The notes under the pieces: model-generated
What the model saw: the letters and a program-made list of their open reading frames with translations, nothing else
Told to the model about the DNA's origin: nothing
Database searches by the model: none
Part shown: positions 1 through 9,275 of the stretch, piece by piece
Numbering within the stretch: position 1 is the first letter of the stretch
Layout of the letters: each line of letters opens with the position of its first letter
Source: Melioribacteraceae bacterium
GTDB lineage: Bacteria > Bacteroidota > Ignavibacteria > Ignavibacteriales > Melioribacteraceae
NCBI GenBank assembly: GCA_015486905.1
Contig: WFQV01000247.1
Span: 1-38,494 of the forward strand
DNA length: 38,494 nt
Reading direction: 5' to 3'
Made by a program: the position numbers and the translations under genes

Positions 1-214
1 GAAGCTTGGTGACCAAAAACGAAGAAAAGTTCTCAGAGAAATTTTCATGAATGTTTCTTATTGTTCTGAGTTGATATTTTGAAATCCTATTTGGAAGCCT
101 AAAATCAAAAGGGACGGCTTCCTTATCGTGCCTTTCAATAGCTTCGGTTACTTCACCGTTTTTAATATTGTTAAGCAGGCTGTCTATTTCCTGCTGTGAA
201 AGTAATTCTGCCAT
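1..214 (-). CDS. fliM: Flagellar motor switch protein FliM, N-terminal fragment (gene continues beyond the left edge)
   Basis: Own translation of the minus strand from ATG at 214..212 gives MAELLSQQEIDSLLNNIKNGEVTEAIERHDKEAVPFDFRLPNRISKYQLRTIRNIHENFSENF. This carries the LSQxEIDxLL N-terminal CheY-P-binding peptide and the PNRIS..QLRT region typical of FliM. It starts 2 nt after the fliL stop. Confidence 0.8.
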   Translation of the reverse strand, partial: MAELLSQQEIDSLLNNIKNGEVTEAIERHDKEAVPFDFRLPNRISKYQLRTIRNIHENFSENFSSFLVTKL

Positions 215-216
215 TT

Positions 217-780
217 TTAGTCTATGATATATTTGCTGAAATAAACATTTTTTAATTTGATATTTGGCATTAATTCTTTGATGTCAAAACCGATTTGCTT
301 TTTGAGTGAATCTCTATAAGATGGGTCGGAAAGCTGTTGAAGATGTTTACTCGAAAGGACGGAAATAATGTGGTCCTTTACCATTACATCTTTAGATTTC
401 ATTTCGTTTACCTGCTCGGATGAACCCACGTCAAAAGCAATGGAGACCATTAACAAAGAAGAGCCGTTGCTACCTGCGGGGTTAACAACAATATCGTTTA
501 AGGGATAGAGAAAATGTTTATCGTTAGCAGGAGATTTTTTTTCGGGATTTTTCTTTGCCACTTCTTCAACCAATTCAACTTTATTTGCCAAGTTTATTTT
601 GGTATTTTTATCTGCATATTTGCTCATTAAAAGATTTGCAGTAATAAAATAAACGGCAATCAGTTGAATGACGTAAAGAGAAAGCCCGCCGATAATAGAT
701 TTACCCTTGCCTTTTTTTGCCTTTTTCTCTTTCTTGTCTTTTTCCCCTTCTTCAAATTTTGTCTTTTCATTATCTGCCAT
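217..780 (-). CDS. fliL: Flagellar basal-body-associated protein FliL
   Basis: 187 aa. Lys-rich N-terminus, one TM helix (IIGGLSLYVIQLIAVYFITANLL), FliL-type C-terminal domain (LYPLNDIVVNPAGS..LLMVSIAFDV...NVYFSKYIID). Lies between flgE and fliM. Confidence 0.8.
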   Translation of the reverse strand: MADNEKTKFEEGEKDKKEKKAKKGKGKSIIGGLSLYVIQLIAVYFITANLLMSKYADKNTKINLANKVELVEEVAKKNPEKKSPANDKHFLYPLNDIVVNPAGSNGSSLLMVSIAFDVGSSEQVNEMKSKDVMVKDHIISVLSSKHLQQLSDPSYRDSLKKQIGFDIKELMPNIKLKNVYFSKYIID

Positions 781-820
781 CTGTACCTCTAAATATTCTT
801 ATTTAACTAAAAGTAATTTA

Positions 821-835
821 CAATTGATATGCCAA
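821..835 (-). promoter_or_regulatory. Candidate sigma-54-type promoter (-24/-12) upstream of fliL
   Basis: Minus strand reads TTGGCATatcaaTTGTA: TGGCAY, 5 nt, then TTG, which is the correct -24/-12 spacing. The -12 GC is GT here. It lies ~38 nt upstream of the fliL ATG and just after the flgE-distal hairpin. Confidence 0.3.
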
Positions 836-920
836 AACAAATATTGGGAAAAAAGCAGAAATGCTAATAAAACGGGCTATTAGAATGGCTAATAATAAAC
901 ATATGGACAATATGAATTAA

Positions 921-942
921 GCCGGCTCATTTAAGAGCCGGT
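921..942 (-). terminator. Stem-loop immediately downstream of flgE (possible terminator or attenuator)
   Basis: CCGGCTC (922-928) pairs with GAGCCGG (935-941), a 7-bp GC-rich stem with a 6-nt loop. On the minus strand it is followed by TTAATTCATATT, a weak U-tract. It starts 20 nt after the flgE stop. Confidence 0.4.
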
Positions 943-961
943 GCTTTAATTCAAAGGGATT

Positions 962-2599
962 TTATCTTATGAGATTAGTTATCTCTTGCAACAGTTGGTC
1001 CGAAACCGTAATTACCCTTGCCGATGCTTGAAATCCTCTCTGTGAAACAATCATCTTGGTGAACTCTTCGGAAAGATCAACATTCGATTGTTCCAGGACA
1101 CCGGACTGAATACTTGTACCGCTTGATTCTCCGGGAGCGGCAATTATAGGTTCGCCGGAATTAGACGAAACTGTGAATTTGTTCTGTCCCGCACTGTTCA
1201 AACCGTTTAAGTTCGGAAAATTCGCAAGCATTATTTGAGCTAATTTTTTGGATTGCCCATTTGAGAAAACTCCGATGATGTAGCCGTTTTGGTCAATACT
1301 GAAATTAGTCATCGAAGCGGCAGCAGAACCGTTCTGTGTCAAAGCGGAAATAACTGCATTTGAGGATGTCTGTGTAATTCCGTTAAATCCCGAACCGAAG
1401 TCAATCTCAATGTTAGCCGCCGAAGCTCCGCCTGCCGGTGTAAATGTAAGAACCGAAGGATTAGGTGAAATAGCATTTATTGAGCCGTCTGCATTGAACG
1501 AAACGGTACCTTTATTTCCGGTAAGAGAACCGCTTGCTTCCGGAACTGCCGCAGTCCAATCCCAGTTGTTGTTAGAAACTTTGGTGAATTTAACGGTCAA
1601 AGTATGTGAATTTCCCAAAGAATCGTAAATGGTTAAGCTTCCGTTTACAATTGTAGGTTCTCTGTTGTCGTCCACAGAAGAACTTATTGCAGTGGGATTA
1701 TCCGTCTGTTTTACATTTGTTAAATCAAAGTTAAAATTAAGACCGTGTTTTGAATCTTGTATTTTGATTTTATCCGGCGTAGCGCCGCCGACTGTCGAGA
1801 GAGCACCGGTAGTAGGATCGAATTTAAGCTCTTGCGCGGAAGATGAACTGACTATCACATTACCGTCTTTGTCGTCCACTTCGTAAGTCATATCCCACGT
1901 GTCGGTCGATTTCTTTTCGTATGTGATTTTCATCGTGTAAGCATTACCGTATTCATCATAAACCTTATTGGAATCCGTGACTTTATCTCCGGTTTGTAGC
2001 GAAGAGTTTAAATTGCCGCTGTCAACGTAATTTTCCGAGCGGGTTATTGATGCGGTTGAATCGAGATTGCCGCCCCAGACAATCTTTGTGGTTGCAACGG
2101 CAGGTAACCTTAGATTCGGGTCAAGGATAATGTCCTCTAAATTTGTGCCGGGAGGAATTACACCGTCTTTGGTTGCCATTTTCCCCTGCACTACCGAGCC
2201 GTCCGATGGATTAACTAATCTTCCGTTTGCGTCAATTGTGAATGCGCCTGCACGTGAAAATGAAACCTCTCCGTTGTTTTTCAGGATGAACATTCCGCGT
2301 CCCTGTAAAGCTAAGTCCGTTGTTATTCCCGTTCTTTCGAACGTACCCTGATTCCAGTTCCTATCGATTGAGTTAATTTTCATTCCCAAACCTATTTGGA
2401 AATCATTTGTTCCACCGGTGGTAGAAGTGGGACTAATACCGGAACGAATAAATTGGTTGAAAGTGTCGCTAAAAGTAATACGCGAACCTTTGAAACCGAT
2501 GGTGTTTACATTGGCGATGTTATTACCAATTAAGTCCATCATCGCTTGATGATTCCTTAAGCCGGATACGCCGGCAATAAGTGAATTAAGAAGTGCCAT
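962..2599 (-). CDS. flgE: Flagellar hook protein FlgE
   Basis: 545 aa. N-terminal rod/hook signature (MALLNSLIAGVSGLRNHQAMMDLIGNNIANVNTIGFKGSR) and conserved C-terminus (SNVDLSEEFTKMIVSQRGFQASARVITVSDQLLQEITNLIR). Confidence 0.95.
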   Translation of the reverse strand: MALLNSLIAGVSGLRNHQAMMDLIGNNIANVNTIGFKGSRITFSDTFNQFIRSGISPTSTTGGTNDFQIGLGMKINSIDRNWNQGTFERTGITTDLALQGRGMFILKNNGEVSFSRAGAFTIDANGRLVNPSDGSVVQGKMATKDGVIPPGTNLEDIILDPNLRLPAVATTKIVWGGNLDSTASITRSENYVDSGNLNSSLQTGDKVTDSNKVYDEYGNAYTMKITYEKKSTDTWDMTYEVDDKDGNVIVSSSSAQELKFDPTTGALSTVGGATPDKIKIQDSKHGLNFNFDLTNVKQTDNPTAISSSVDDNREPTIVNGSLTIYDSLGNSHTLTVKFTKVSNNNWDWTAAVPEASGSLTGNKGTVSFNADGSINAISPNPSVLTFTPAGGASAANIEIDFGSGFNGITQTSSNAVISALTQNGSAAASMTNFSIDQNGYIIGVFSNGQSKKLAQIMLANFPNLNGLNSAGQNKFTVSSNSGEPIIAAPGESSGTSIQSGVLEQSNVDLSEEFTKMIVSQRGFQASARVITVSDQLLQEITNLIR

Positions 2600-2694
2600 T
2601 TTAACCTCCTTCTTTTAGCGATTAGGCATCTGTCGGTCAGCCTAATCTTGGAGCGCCCTTAAGAGGTCCCGCTCCGTTGGTTGTTGAATTAATT

Positions 2695-3069
2695 TTATTT
2701 TAAAATTACACTGTCAATGTTCGTAAATACTTCTTCGTTGTCTCCTACCGGTAAAGCAGTTACAACGGTTTTGTTGGGAATATTAACAATGAACGCTTTG
2801 TTATTGAACATAATCAAAGAATCTTTTGACCCTTTCCTTTCGGCTTGGTTAACCGCATCATTTAACTCTACAATATCTTCACTTGTTAAATCAATTGAAC
2901 GATCTTCCAAGCGCTTCATAGCGTGATTCGAGAATTTGACTTTGTTAAGTTCGTTTTGCAGAATATTGTCAAAATCTTTTTTTACTTCTCTAATTCCAAT
3001 CTGTCCAGGTCGGATTTCCTTATTGATTATCGGGACAAAAGGAACATTTACGCCATTAACCATTGCCAT
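2695..3069 (-). CDS. Flagellar operon protein (small conserved protein found between flgD and flgE, TIGR02530-like)
   Basis: 124 aa. The KFSNHAMKRLEDRSIDLTSEDI...SLIMFNNKAFIVNIPNKTVVTA...FTNIDSVIL pattern, together with the position between flgD and flgE, matches my recollection of the 'flagellar operon protein' family. Start overlaps the flgD stop by 14 nt. Confidence 0.6.
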   Translation of the reverse strand: MAMVNGVNVPFVPIINKEIRPGQIGIREVKKDFDNILQNELNKVKFSNHAMKRLEDRSIDLTSEDIVELNDAVNQAERKGSKDSLIMFNNKAFIVNIPNKTVVTALPVGDNEEVFTNIDSVILK

Positions 3070-3766
3070 TGCTGTCTCCTCCTTGAGGTTGAATTATTTC
3101 AAGCACATCGGAAACGTCGTATTCGGAACCGTTAATTAATATTTTCGTTCCGTTCTGTGTAAACTTGATGCCGGTAATTTGTCCGATTAAAAATTCTTGT
3201 GCTTTCATATCGTTTCCACTTAAATCCTTAGCATTAATTTCAATTTTGTACTCACCTTTCTGAACTTTCTCACCGTTATTATCGGTGAAATCCCACGAAA
3301 GTTTATGGTCGCCTTGCATTAATTCCGGACAGGTAATAGTCTTAACAAGATTATTATCCTTATCGTAAATTTTAATTGTAGCTTCCTTAGCATTCGCAGG
3401 CAGATTATAGCCAAAGGAAATAGAATCCTGCCCGGTGTAATTAATACTGCTCAAATTCATCTTGGCTTCTTTACCAATTAAATTTGCAGTCATAGTGTTA
3501 TTTACCGATTGAATCAGCATATAGTTGGCGTCAACGCTTTGTTTGACGTAATCATTAAGATTGTGCAGTTGTTCCAGAGATGAGAACTGCGCAAGTTGTG
3601 ATGCGAACTTTGTTCCATCCATTGGATTTAACGGATCTTGATATTTTAGTTGCGTAATCATCAGCTTCAAGAAATCGTCTTTCCCCATTATACTTTTGGA
3701 ATTAAATAATCCGCTTTGGGAAGTTGTTTTTGTTGATTGTGCTAAATTACTTACTGAACTTGTCAT
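3056..3766 (-). CDS. flgD: Flagellar hook capping/assembly protein FlgD
   Basis: 236 aa. FlgD N-terminal motif (FLKLMITQLKYQDPLNPMDGTKFASQLAQFSSLEQL) followed by a beta-rich FlgD-Ig-like C-terminal half. Confidence 0.9.
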   Translation of the reverse strand: MTSSVSNLAQSTKTTSQSGLFNSKSIMGKDDFLKLMITQLKYQDPLNPMDGTKFASQLAQFSSLEQLHNLNDYVKQSVDANYMLIQSVNNTMTANLIGKEAKMNLSSINYTGQDSISFGYNLPANAKEATIKIYDKDNNLVKTITCPELMQGDHKLSWDFTDNNGEKVQKGEYKIEINAKDLSGNDMKAQEFLIGQITGIKFTQNGTKILINGSEYDVSDVLEIIQPQGGDSNGNG

Positions 3767-3775
3767 TTTTTTACC

Positions 3776-6286
3776 TCAAGCAATGAAATCGTATTGGTTG
3801 TAACCTAAATTTTTAAATCTGTATTGTTCAACTTCGCCAATTTCTTCATCGGCGGAATTGTTTTTGACTATTACTCTCCGCTTACTTTTTTTGTGAGAAT
3901 ATTCTTCTTTACGACTGTGAGAATAGTTTATATTAAAATTATTTAATGCCAGTCCTTGCTGTGCAAGATTTTCGCGCAAGACTTGCAAATTAGCTTGAAT
4001 TAATTGTTTTACATTTTCGTTTTGAACTTCCACGTGAGCGCTTATCGCATTCTTAACAACTTCAACATTTATTTTGATTTCGCCCAATTCACGAGGGTGC
4101 AATTTTAGAACTGCCGTGTGTTTATCCCCTTTAATAATGAATTTACTTATTTCTGAAATTGTGCTGCTAAAATCAATATTCTTGAAAAAACCGTCTTTTA
4201 ATTCGTTTGCCAAATTTTGATGCTGAACGGGTTGGGTTTGTTTTAGTCCGTTATTTAACGAATTAAAATTAACGGCATTATTGGAAGCAAAATGATTTGA
4301 AAACTTCGGTGCTGCTTTGGGAACATGTGTTTTAATTTCCGCCGTTGATGTTTCATTTTCAAATTTAACAAATTCTTTATGGGAGTTATCCGGCTTTTTA
4401 GTATCTGTGTTCTGATGATGAATTTCTTCCGTAACCACATTTTTATTTAACTGCGGTTTGGTTGTAACTTGTTTATGTTTACTTCCTTCGGTTTGGTCTG
4501 TTATTTTTTGTTGAGGCGGCGTAACTTCTTTCTTTGCTTCAAGTTTCTTTTCTTTAATTTTTTTAATGCTGTGGTTTTGAAAAAGAAATGTATTTGCTTC
4601 TTTCACCGGAGTAATGCTGATTTTGTAAATTATTTTTTGAGGCTGTTCATTTGGGACGGCTTCTTTTATAGTATTTAAATTTTGTACATTTTTAAAAGCA
4701 TCTATTAGATTATCCTTAGTCGGTTTTGCTTTTACAACATTTATTTGTCTATTATCAATAGGCATTTGTTTGAAATCCGTTTTCTCATTTGCTTTAGTCT
4801 CCGGTTCGGACTTTACAGTAAGCTCTTTTGCCGGCAAATCCGCTCTTTGATTTACGTTTATTTTAACTTTAGCATTAGGCATCTCTGTTTTAATCGCCTT
4901 TGATTTCGTTAGCCCAGCATTTTTCCGATTACTTACCTTAACGTTTTCTTTATTCGTGAAATCAATTAATTCGGGTCCCTCTTCTATTTTTACTAAATCA
5001 GGGACTTTTACTTTCGTCTCCGATTCGGATTTTACGGCAATCTCTTTTATTGGAGAATCCGTTTCACCATTTTCGTTTATTTTGACTTTTGTGTTCTGCT
5101 TTTTAACATTTAACGGTTCTGTTTTAACCGTCTTTGCTTTTGTTAGTGTAGAGCTTTTCGGATTACTTAATTCGCCGATTTCCTTATTTTGAAAATCAAT
5201 TAAATCTGCATTTTGATGCGTTTTCCCCCCACTCTGAAGTTTGCCTTTAACGTTGTCTGTTTTTTTTAATATTTTTTCACTCTTCGCTTTTAAATCGGGG
5301 TGTTTTGTGACTTTAAGTTCTTTTGCCGGAATAATTTCTTCCTCGTGAATTTTTTCCCCGATTTTTACCGTTAAATCATTTTTCTTGCTTTTGTTTATTT
5401 CGTGAGAGTTATCAGTAACATTAACGTCTGTTTTTATTTCCGTTTTTAGTTTGGGGACTTTTTCCTTTTGTTCGGTTTTGTTTAACGCGGGTAAATCCGT
5501 AACAGTCACTTGACCTTTGGGAACTTCGGCACCGGCACGCTCTTGTGATATTTTGAACTTTACAACCTCCTTTTCGGTTTTGTCCGGAACGGTACTTTCA
5601 TGCACTTTTTTATTTGGCGTTAAAGCCTCCTTAAGTTGTCCCTTGGTTAAAATTTCCTTATCAAGTCCGGTTGCCCCAAAATTTTCTAATACATTTTTTA
5701 CCTTTGTGTTATTAACCGTTTTAGCTTCTTTTGCTACTGATTTACCCGAAGGGGGCTCAACATCCTCCGGTTCAATTGTAATTAAAAACTCTTGCTCGGA
5801 AGAAGGAGATTGAATTTTCATTTCAGACGGGAATTTATTCAATGCTTTTGCAGCATAACCGGCGTTTTGGGAAACTTTATCCTTATCCGAAACAAGTTCT
5901 AACTTAATTGTATCTTTGCCTTCAATGGGCGTTAATTTAATTTCTTTAGGATTGAGAATACCCGAGAAAAATTGGCTCAGAATTTCTCCCTCAACCAAAA
6001 TTTTCTTTTCTTTTTTGCTGTCTAAAATTTTCGGATTGGACTCAAGTATGTTCTTCAAATTCTCCAAAAAGTTTTTAAGTTCAAAGCCCTTTTGACTTTT
6101 CGAAGAAGAATCTTTAAGCACTTCGTCGAAAATTTTAACAATCGAGTTTTCGTCCAAAGGAATTTGTTCGCCATCTTCCAAAGCAACAATGTCGTGAAAT
6201 GCAAATTTCCCATGAACGGATTTGGGAATTAAATCCGAGGAGACGGAAATGTTCATTAAGTTAAGATTAAAAGAATTTTTTTCCAT
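3776..6286 (-). CDS. fliK: Flagellar hook-length control protein FliK (unusually long, internally repetitive)
   Basis: 836 aa. C-terminal Flg_hook-type domain (LKLHPRELGEIKINVEVVKNAISAHVEVQNENVKQLIQANLQVLRENLAQQGL). Lys/Glu/Thr-rich extended central part with ~79-aa repeats. Sits between the ylxF-like gene and flgD. Confidence 0.8.
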   Translation of the reverse strand: MEKNSFNLNLMNISVSSDLIPKSVHGKFAFHDIVALEDGEQIPLDENSIVKIFDEVLKDSSSKSQKGFELKNFLENLKNILESNPKILDSKKEKKILVEGEILSQFFSGILNPKEIKLTPIEGKDTIKLELVSDKDKVSQNAGYAAKALNKFPSEMKIQSPSSEQEFLITIEPEDVEPPSGKSVAKEAKTVNNTKVKNVLENFGATGLDKEILTKGQLKEALTPNKKVHESTVPDKTEKEVVKFKISQERAGAEVPKGQVTVTDLPALNKTEQKEKVPKLKTEIKTDVNVTDNSHEINKSKKNDLTVKIGEKIHEEEIIPAKELKVTKHPDLKAKSEKILKKTDNVKGKLQSGGKTHQNADLIDFQNKEIGELSNPKSSTLTKAKTVKTEPLNVKKQNTKVKINENGETDSPIKEIAVKSESETKVKVPDLVKIEEGPELIDFTNKENVKVSNRKNAGLTKSKAIKTEMPNAKVKINVNQRADLPAKELTVKSEPETKANEKTDFKQMPIDNRQINVVKAKPTKDNLIDAFKNVQNLNTIKEAVPNEQPQKIIYKISITPVKEANTFLFQNHSIKKIKEKKLEAKKEVTPPQQKITDQTEGSKHKQVTTKPQLNKNVVTEEIHHQNTDTKKPDNSHKEFVKFENETSTAEIKTHVPKAAPKFSNHFASNNAVNFNSLNNGLKQTQPVQHQNLANELKDGFFKNIDFSSTISEISKFIIKGDKHTAVLKLHPRELGEIKINVEVVKNAISAHVEVQNENVKQLIQANLQVLRENLAQQGLALNNFNINYSHSRKEEYSHKKSKRRVIVKNNSADEEIGEVEQYRFKNLGYNQYDFIA

Positions 6287-6287
6287 T

Positions 6288-6881
6288 TTAGAATCTCATT
6301 ATTTTCGCTACTTGTTGAGGCTTTAAAGCATTTAACACTACCGCCGCTTTTTTCTTGTTCATCTTTGCAAGTATTTTCTTGGCATTATTATCGGAGTAAG
6401 TCAGCAAAACTTGAGCGGCTTTGTTTGGTGACATTGATTCAAGCAGTTTTGCCGTTAGCATTATTTCACTCTCATTAGCTTTCGCTGCCTTTTTGACAGT
6501 CGCTCGAGATTTGTTCTTCTTCCTCGATAAAGCATTAATATATTTTTGAAGAATTTCCATCTGCGAACGAATCTTGCTCAAACTATCTAACAGCGCCGAA
6601 TCCTGCAATGCAATATGTCTGACCGTATCCACAACTACTTTGGGTTTCATTTTTTTGACTGCCTTAGTTATTTCGGGCTGAATTTTTTTTAACAAATATG
6701 CTTTAATACTGTCTTTGCTAATCCTTTTTACTTTCGGTACTTTGATTATCGTTTTTACTCCTATTGGTGTGAAATCGAAAGTAAAAATATTTCTGTACAT
6801 TCCGTTCAAATAGACGATTACAACCGTAACAACAATGAACGCACCTAAATAAGCCGGTAAATTGGAAAATGTATTTTTCAT
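6288..6881 (-). CDS. YlxF/MotE/FlbB-like flagellar protein with MgtE-N-like C-terminal domain
   Basis: 197 aa. N-terminal TM helix, a coiled-coil region, then a C-terminal segment MSPNKAAQVLLTYSDNNAKKILAKMNKKKAAVVLNALKPQQVAKI typical of MgtE_N/MotE-like proteins. Same position as ylxF in the B. subtilis fla/che operon. Confidence 0.55.
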   Translation of the reverse strand: MKNTFSNLPAYLGAFIVVTVVIVYLNGMYRNIFTFDFTPIGVKTIIKVPKVKRISKDSIKAYLLKKIQPEITKAVKKMKPKVVVDTVRHIALQDSALLDSLSKIRSQMEILQKYINALSRKKNKSRATVKKAAKANESEIMLTAKLLESMSPNKAAQVLLTYSDNNAKKILAKMNKKKAAVVLNALKPQQVAKIMRF

Positions 6882-7312
6882 TATTTTCTCCTAACAAAAC
6901 TTTGTACGGCAAAATCATTCATTGCTTTTTGATCTTTTCTGTTCTCTTCGGTTAAATAATTTTCGAGGTATTTTTCTTTTAATTTTTCAATTATTCTTTT
7001 CTCTTTGTTAAGCTCAACTATTTTGGAAATCAATTTATCTCTTCTATTCAAATAAGTCTGTAATTTTTCCTTTTCCCGCTTTTCTTTTCTCATTAAAAAA
7101 TTGTGGTAATTTTTCAAACTTTGCAAATCCGAACTTCTGATTTTTTTCGATGTGTTTTTCTCCAAAAGATGAACGGCTTCGTCTCTTATTTTTTTAATCA
7201 ATCTTTTCTTATCTTCTATTTTTTGATTCAACTTCCTCAATTCCTTATCTTTCTCGTCAATTAATATCTCCTTAACCGCAATAACGGAATCATATCTAAA
7301 TTTAAACTTCAC
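6881..7312 (-). CDS. fliJ: Flagellar export chaperone FliJ
   Basis: 143 aa, highly charged coiled-coil protein directly downstream of fliI. The N-terminus (FRYDSVIAVKEILIDEKDKEL) resembles FliJ family starts. Confidence 0.7.
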   Translation of the reverse strand: MKFKFRYDSVIAVKEILIDEKDKELRKLNQKIEDKKRLIKKIRDEAVHLLEKNTSKKIRSSDLQSLKNYHNFLMRKEKREKEKLQTYLNRRDKLISKIVELNKEKRIIEKLKEKYLENYLTEENRKDQKAMNDFAVQSFVRRK

Positions 7313-7317
7313 TTACT

Positions 7318-8649
7318 TCACCCTAATGGTTTTTCAATAATTGAGTTCAATTTTTTAACCGTTGTTTCAAAGTCGTCGGATTCGTACATATCCTGAGTCA
7401 TAAATTTTTTAAGCTGACTAATTTTATTCAATGCGTGGTCTATTGCGGGATTGCTTCCCTTGACGTAAGCACCTATGTTTATTAAATCTTCCGCTTCTTT
7501 GAAAGTAGCTAATATTGAATTAAACTCACGAGCTCTAAGTCGTTGATCATCGGAAACAATATCCGGCATTACTCTGCTAACGCTTTGCAAAGGGTCTATT
7601 GCAGGGTACTGCCCCATATTGGCAATTTTTCTGGAAAGGACAATGTGCCCGTCAAGTATTGAGCGAACCGCATCGGCAATCGGTTCGGTCATATCGTCGC
7701 CATCAACAAGCACCGAATAAAATCCGGTAATGGAACCTATTTTCCCCTTCCCCGCTCTTTCCAATAATTTGGGAAGAAGACTAAAAACCGAAGGCGTGTA
7801 ACCTTTGGTTGTAGGGGGCTCGCCTACCATTAAGCCTATTTCGCGTTGTGCCATTGCAAAGCGTGTGACGGAATCCATCATTAACACTACATCCAAACCT
7901 TTGTCTCTAAAATATTCCGCTATTGTAGTACCGATATAAGCGCCTTTAATCCTTTGAAGTGCGGACTTATCGCTGGTAGCCACTACAACGACAGAACGTT
8001 TTAATCCTTCTTCACCCAAATCTTTTTCAATAAATTCTCTCACCTCGCGACCGCGCTCACCTATTAAAGTAATTATATTAATATCTGCATTCGTGTTGCG
8101 AGCAATCATACCCATCATCACGCTTTTACCCACTCCCGAACCGGCGAATATTCCCGCTCTCTGTCCCTTACCGATTGTCAATAAAGCGTCAATCGTTCTT
8201 ATTCCCGTTTGAAGAGGTTCGGAAATTCTTTCCCTTTCCAGCGGGTTCGGCGGCTCGTGGTAAATACTCCTAAAAGTCTCGGCTTCTATTTCACCTTTCC
8301 CGTCAATTGGTCGTCCCAAGCCGTCGATTATTCTGCCGAGGAGATTTTCGCCAACCGGAATGAAAAAGTTTTTCCCTGTTGCTCTTATTTCGGAGTTCGG
8401 TGAAATATTACGCACCTCCCCCAAAGCCACCGAAAGCACTTTTCCTTCTTTAAATCCCACTACTTCGGTCTTGCAAATTTCCGTACCGTCTCTGTCGTAA
8501 ATGGTGCAAACCTCACCCAATTCTACGCTTGGTCCATTCGATTCGATAATCAAACCAATCACATCGGTAACCTTGCCGTGAGTTTTGATTGTTTCAATCA
8601 TCGGTAAATGGGAAATCCATTCATCAATATAAGGTAAAGTAACTTGCAT
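7318..8649 (-). CDS. fliI: Flagellum-specific type III export ATPase FliI
   Basis: 443 aa. Walker A GSGVGKS, Walker B VVLMMDSVTRFAMAQREI, F1/T3SS ATPase core (LIGERGREVREF, PSVFSLLPKLLERAG). Confidence 0.95.
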   Translation of the reverse strand: MQVTLPYIDEWISHLPMIETIKTHGKVTDVIGLIIESNGPSVELGEVCTIYDRDGTEICKTEVVGFKEGKVLSVALGEVRNISPNSEIRATGKNFFIPVGENLLGRIIDGLGRPIDGKGEIEAETFRSIYHEPPNPLERERISEPLQTGIRTIDALLTIGKGQRAGIFAGSGVGKSVMMGMIARNTNADINIITLIGERGREVREFIEKDLGEEGLKRSVVVVATSDKSALQRIKGAYIGTTIAEYFRDKGLDVVLMMDSVTRFAMAQREIGLMVGEPPTTKGYTPSVFSLLPKLLERAGKGKIGSITGFYSVLVDGDDMTEPIADAVRSILDGHIVLSRKIANMGQYPAIDPLQSVSRVMPDIVSDDQRLRAREFNSILATFKEAEDLINIGAYVKGSNPAIDHALNKISQLKKFMTQDMYESDDFETTVKKLNSIIEKPLG

Positions 8650-9275
8650 TAAATTCCCGAATAATATTTCTCAAAATCTTTAACTATCTCTTCCAGTTGT
8701 GCATCGAAGCGTGTACTTACATTTCCTATTTCGCTTTCCACTACACATTCTCCGGGTTGTAAACGTTCATCGGATTCAATATTTACACGCCTAAATGTGT
8801 CTTGGTTTTCTTCTTTTATTAAATCTTTTACGAATTCAAACTCTTGCTGACTTACTTTTACCGTAAGTTGAACCGCACCTGAAAGTTTCTTAAATGCCTT
8901 TTTAATACTCTCCTCGATAATAGATTTATTTTCTACTTCGCGTAAAATTATTTTTTCGGAAATACTCACGGAGAGCATAAAAACTTTTTTCGACAAGGAT
9001 TTTTCCACCTCACTTAGGCTCTTGTCAATATTTGTTAGGATGTTTTGAACGTTGCTTTGAATTTTTTCAATCTCGGTTTGATAATTGTTTTTTGTTTCTT
9101 CTTTTCCGTCGGCAAACCCTTTAGCATAACCTTCCTCAAAAGATTTTTGAATTTTCTTCTCAATCAATTCTTCCGGTGAAGGAATTTTAAAATTCTTTTG
9201 TTTGTAATCTTCAAAAAGCTGAACATTAACTTTAGTTTTACTATTTACCTTTAAAACATTAGACATAAACCTCAC
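8649..9275 (-). CDS. fliH: Flagellar assembly protein FliH
   Basis: 208 aa, charged, between fliG and fliI. EEGYAKGFADGKEE motif and FliH-type C-terminal domain. Stop overlaps the fliI start. Confidence 0.75.
   Translation of the reverse strand: MRFMSNVLKVNSKTKVNVQLFEDYKQKNFKIPSPEELIEKKIQKSFEEGYAKGFADGKEETKNNYQTEIEKIQSNVQNILTNIDKSLSEVEKSLSKKVFMLSVSISEKIILREVENKSIIEESIKKAFKKLSGAVQLTVKVSQQEFEFVKDLIKEENQDTFRRVNIESDERLQPGECVVESEIGNVSTRFDAQLEEIVKDFEKYYSGI

Noticed and set aside
1410-2351. Plus-strand ORFs of 72, 85 and 94 aa inside flgE
   Set aside because: They lie entirely antisense to a confidently identified flgE, have low-complexity Ser/Pro/Val-rich translations, and have no start context or homology. 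Typical shadow ORFs.
4255-5813. Several 61-98-aa ORFs on both strands within fliK
   Set aside because: They are by-products of the repetitive, compositionally biased fliK sequence. The long frame with a recognisable Flg_hook C-terminal domain explains the region.
6718-6918. 66-aa minus-strand ORF overlapping the fliJ / ylxF-like junction
   Set aside because: It is in an alternative frame across two better-supported genes, with no independent signal.
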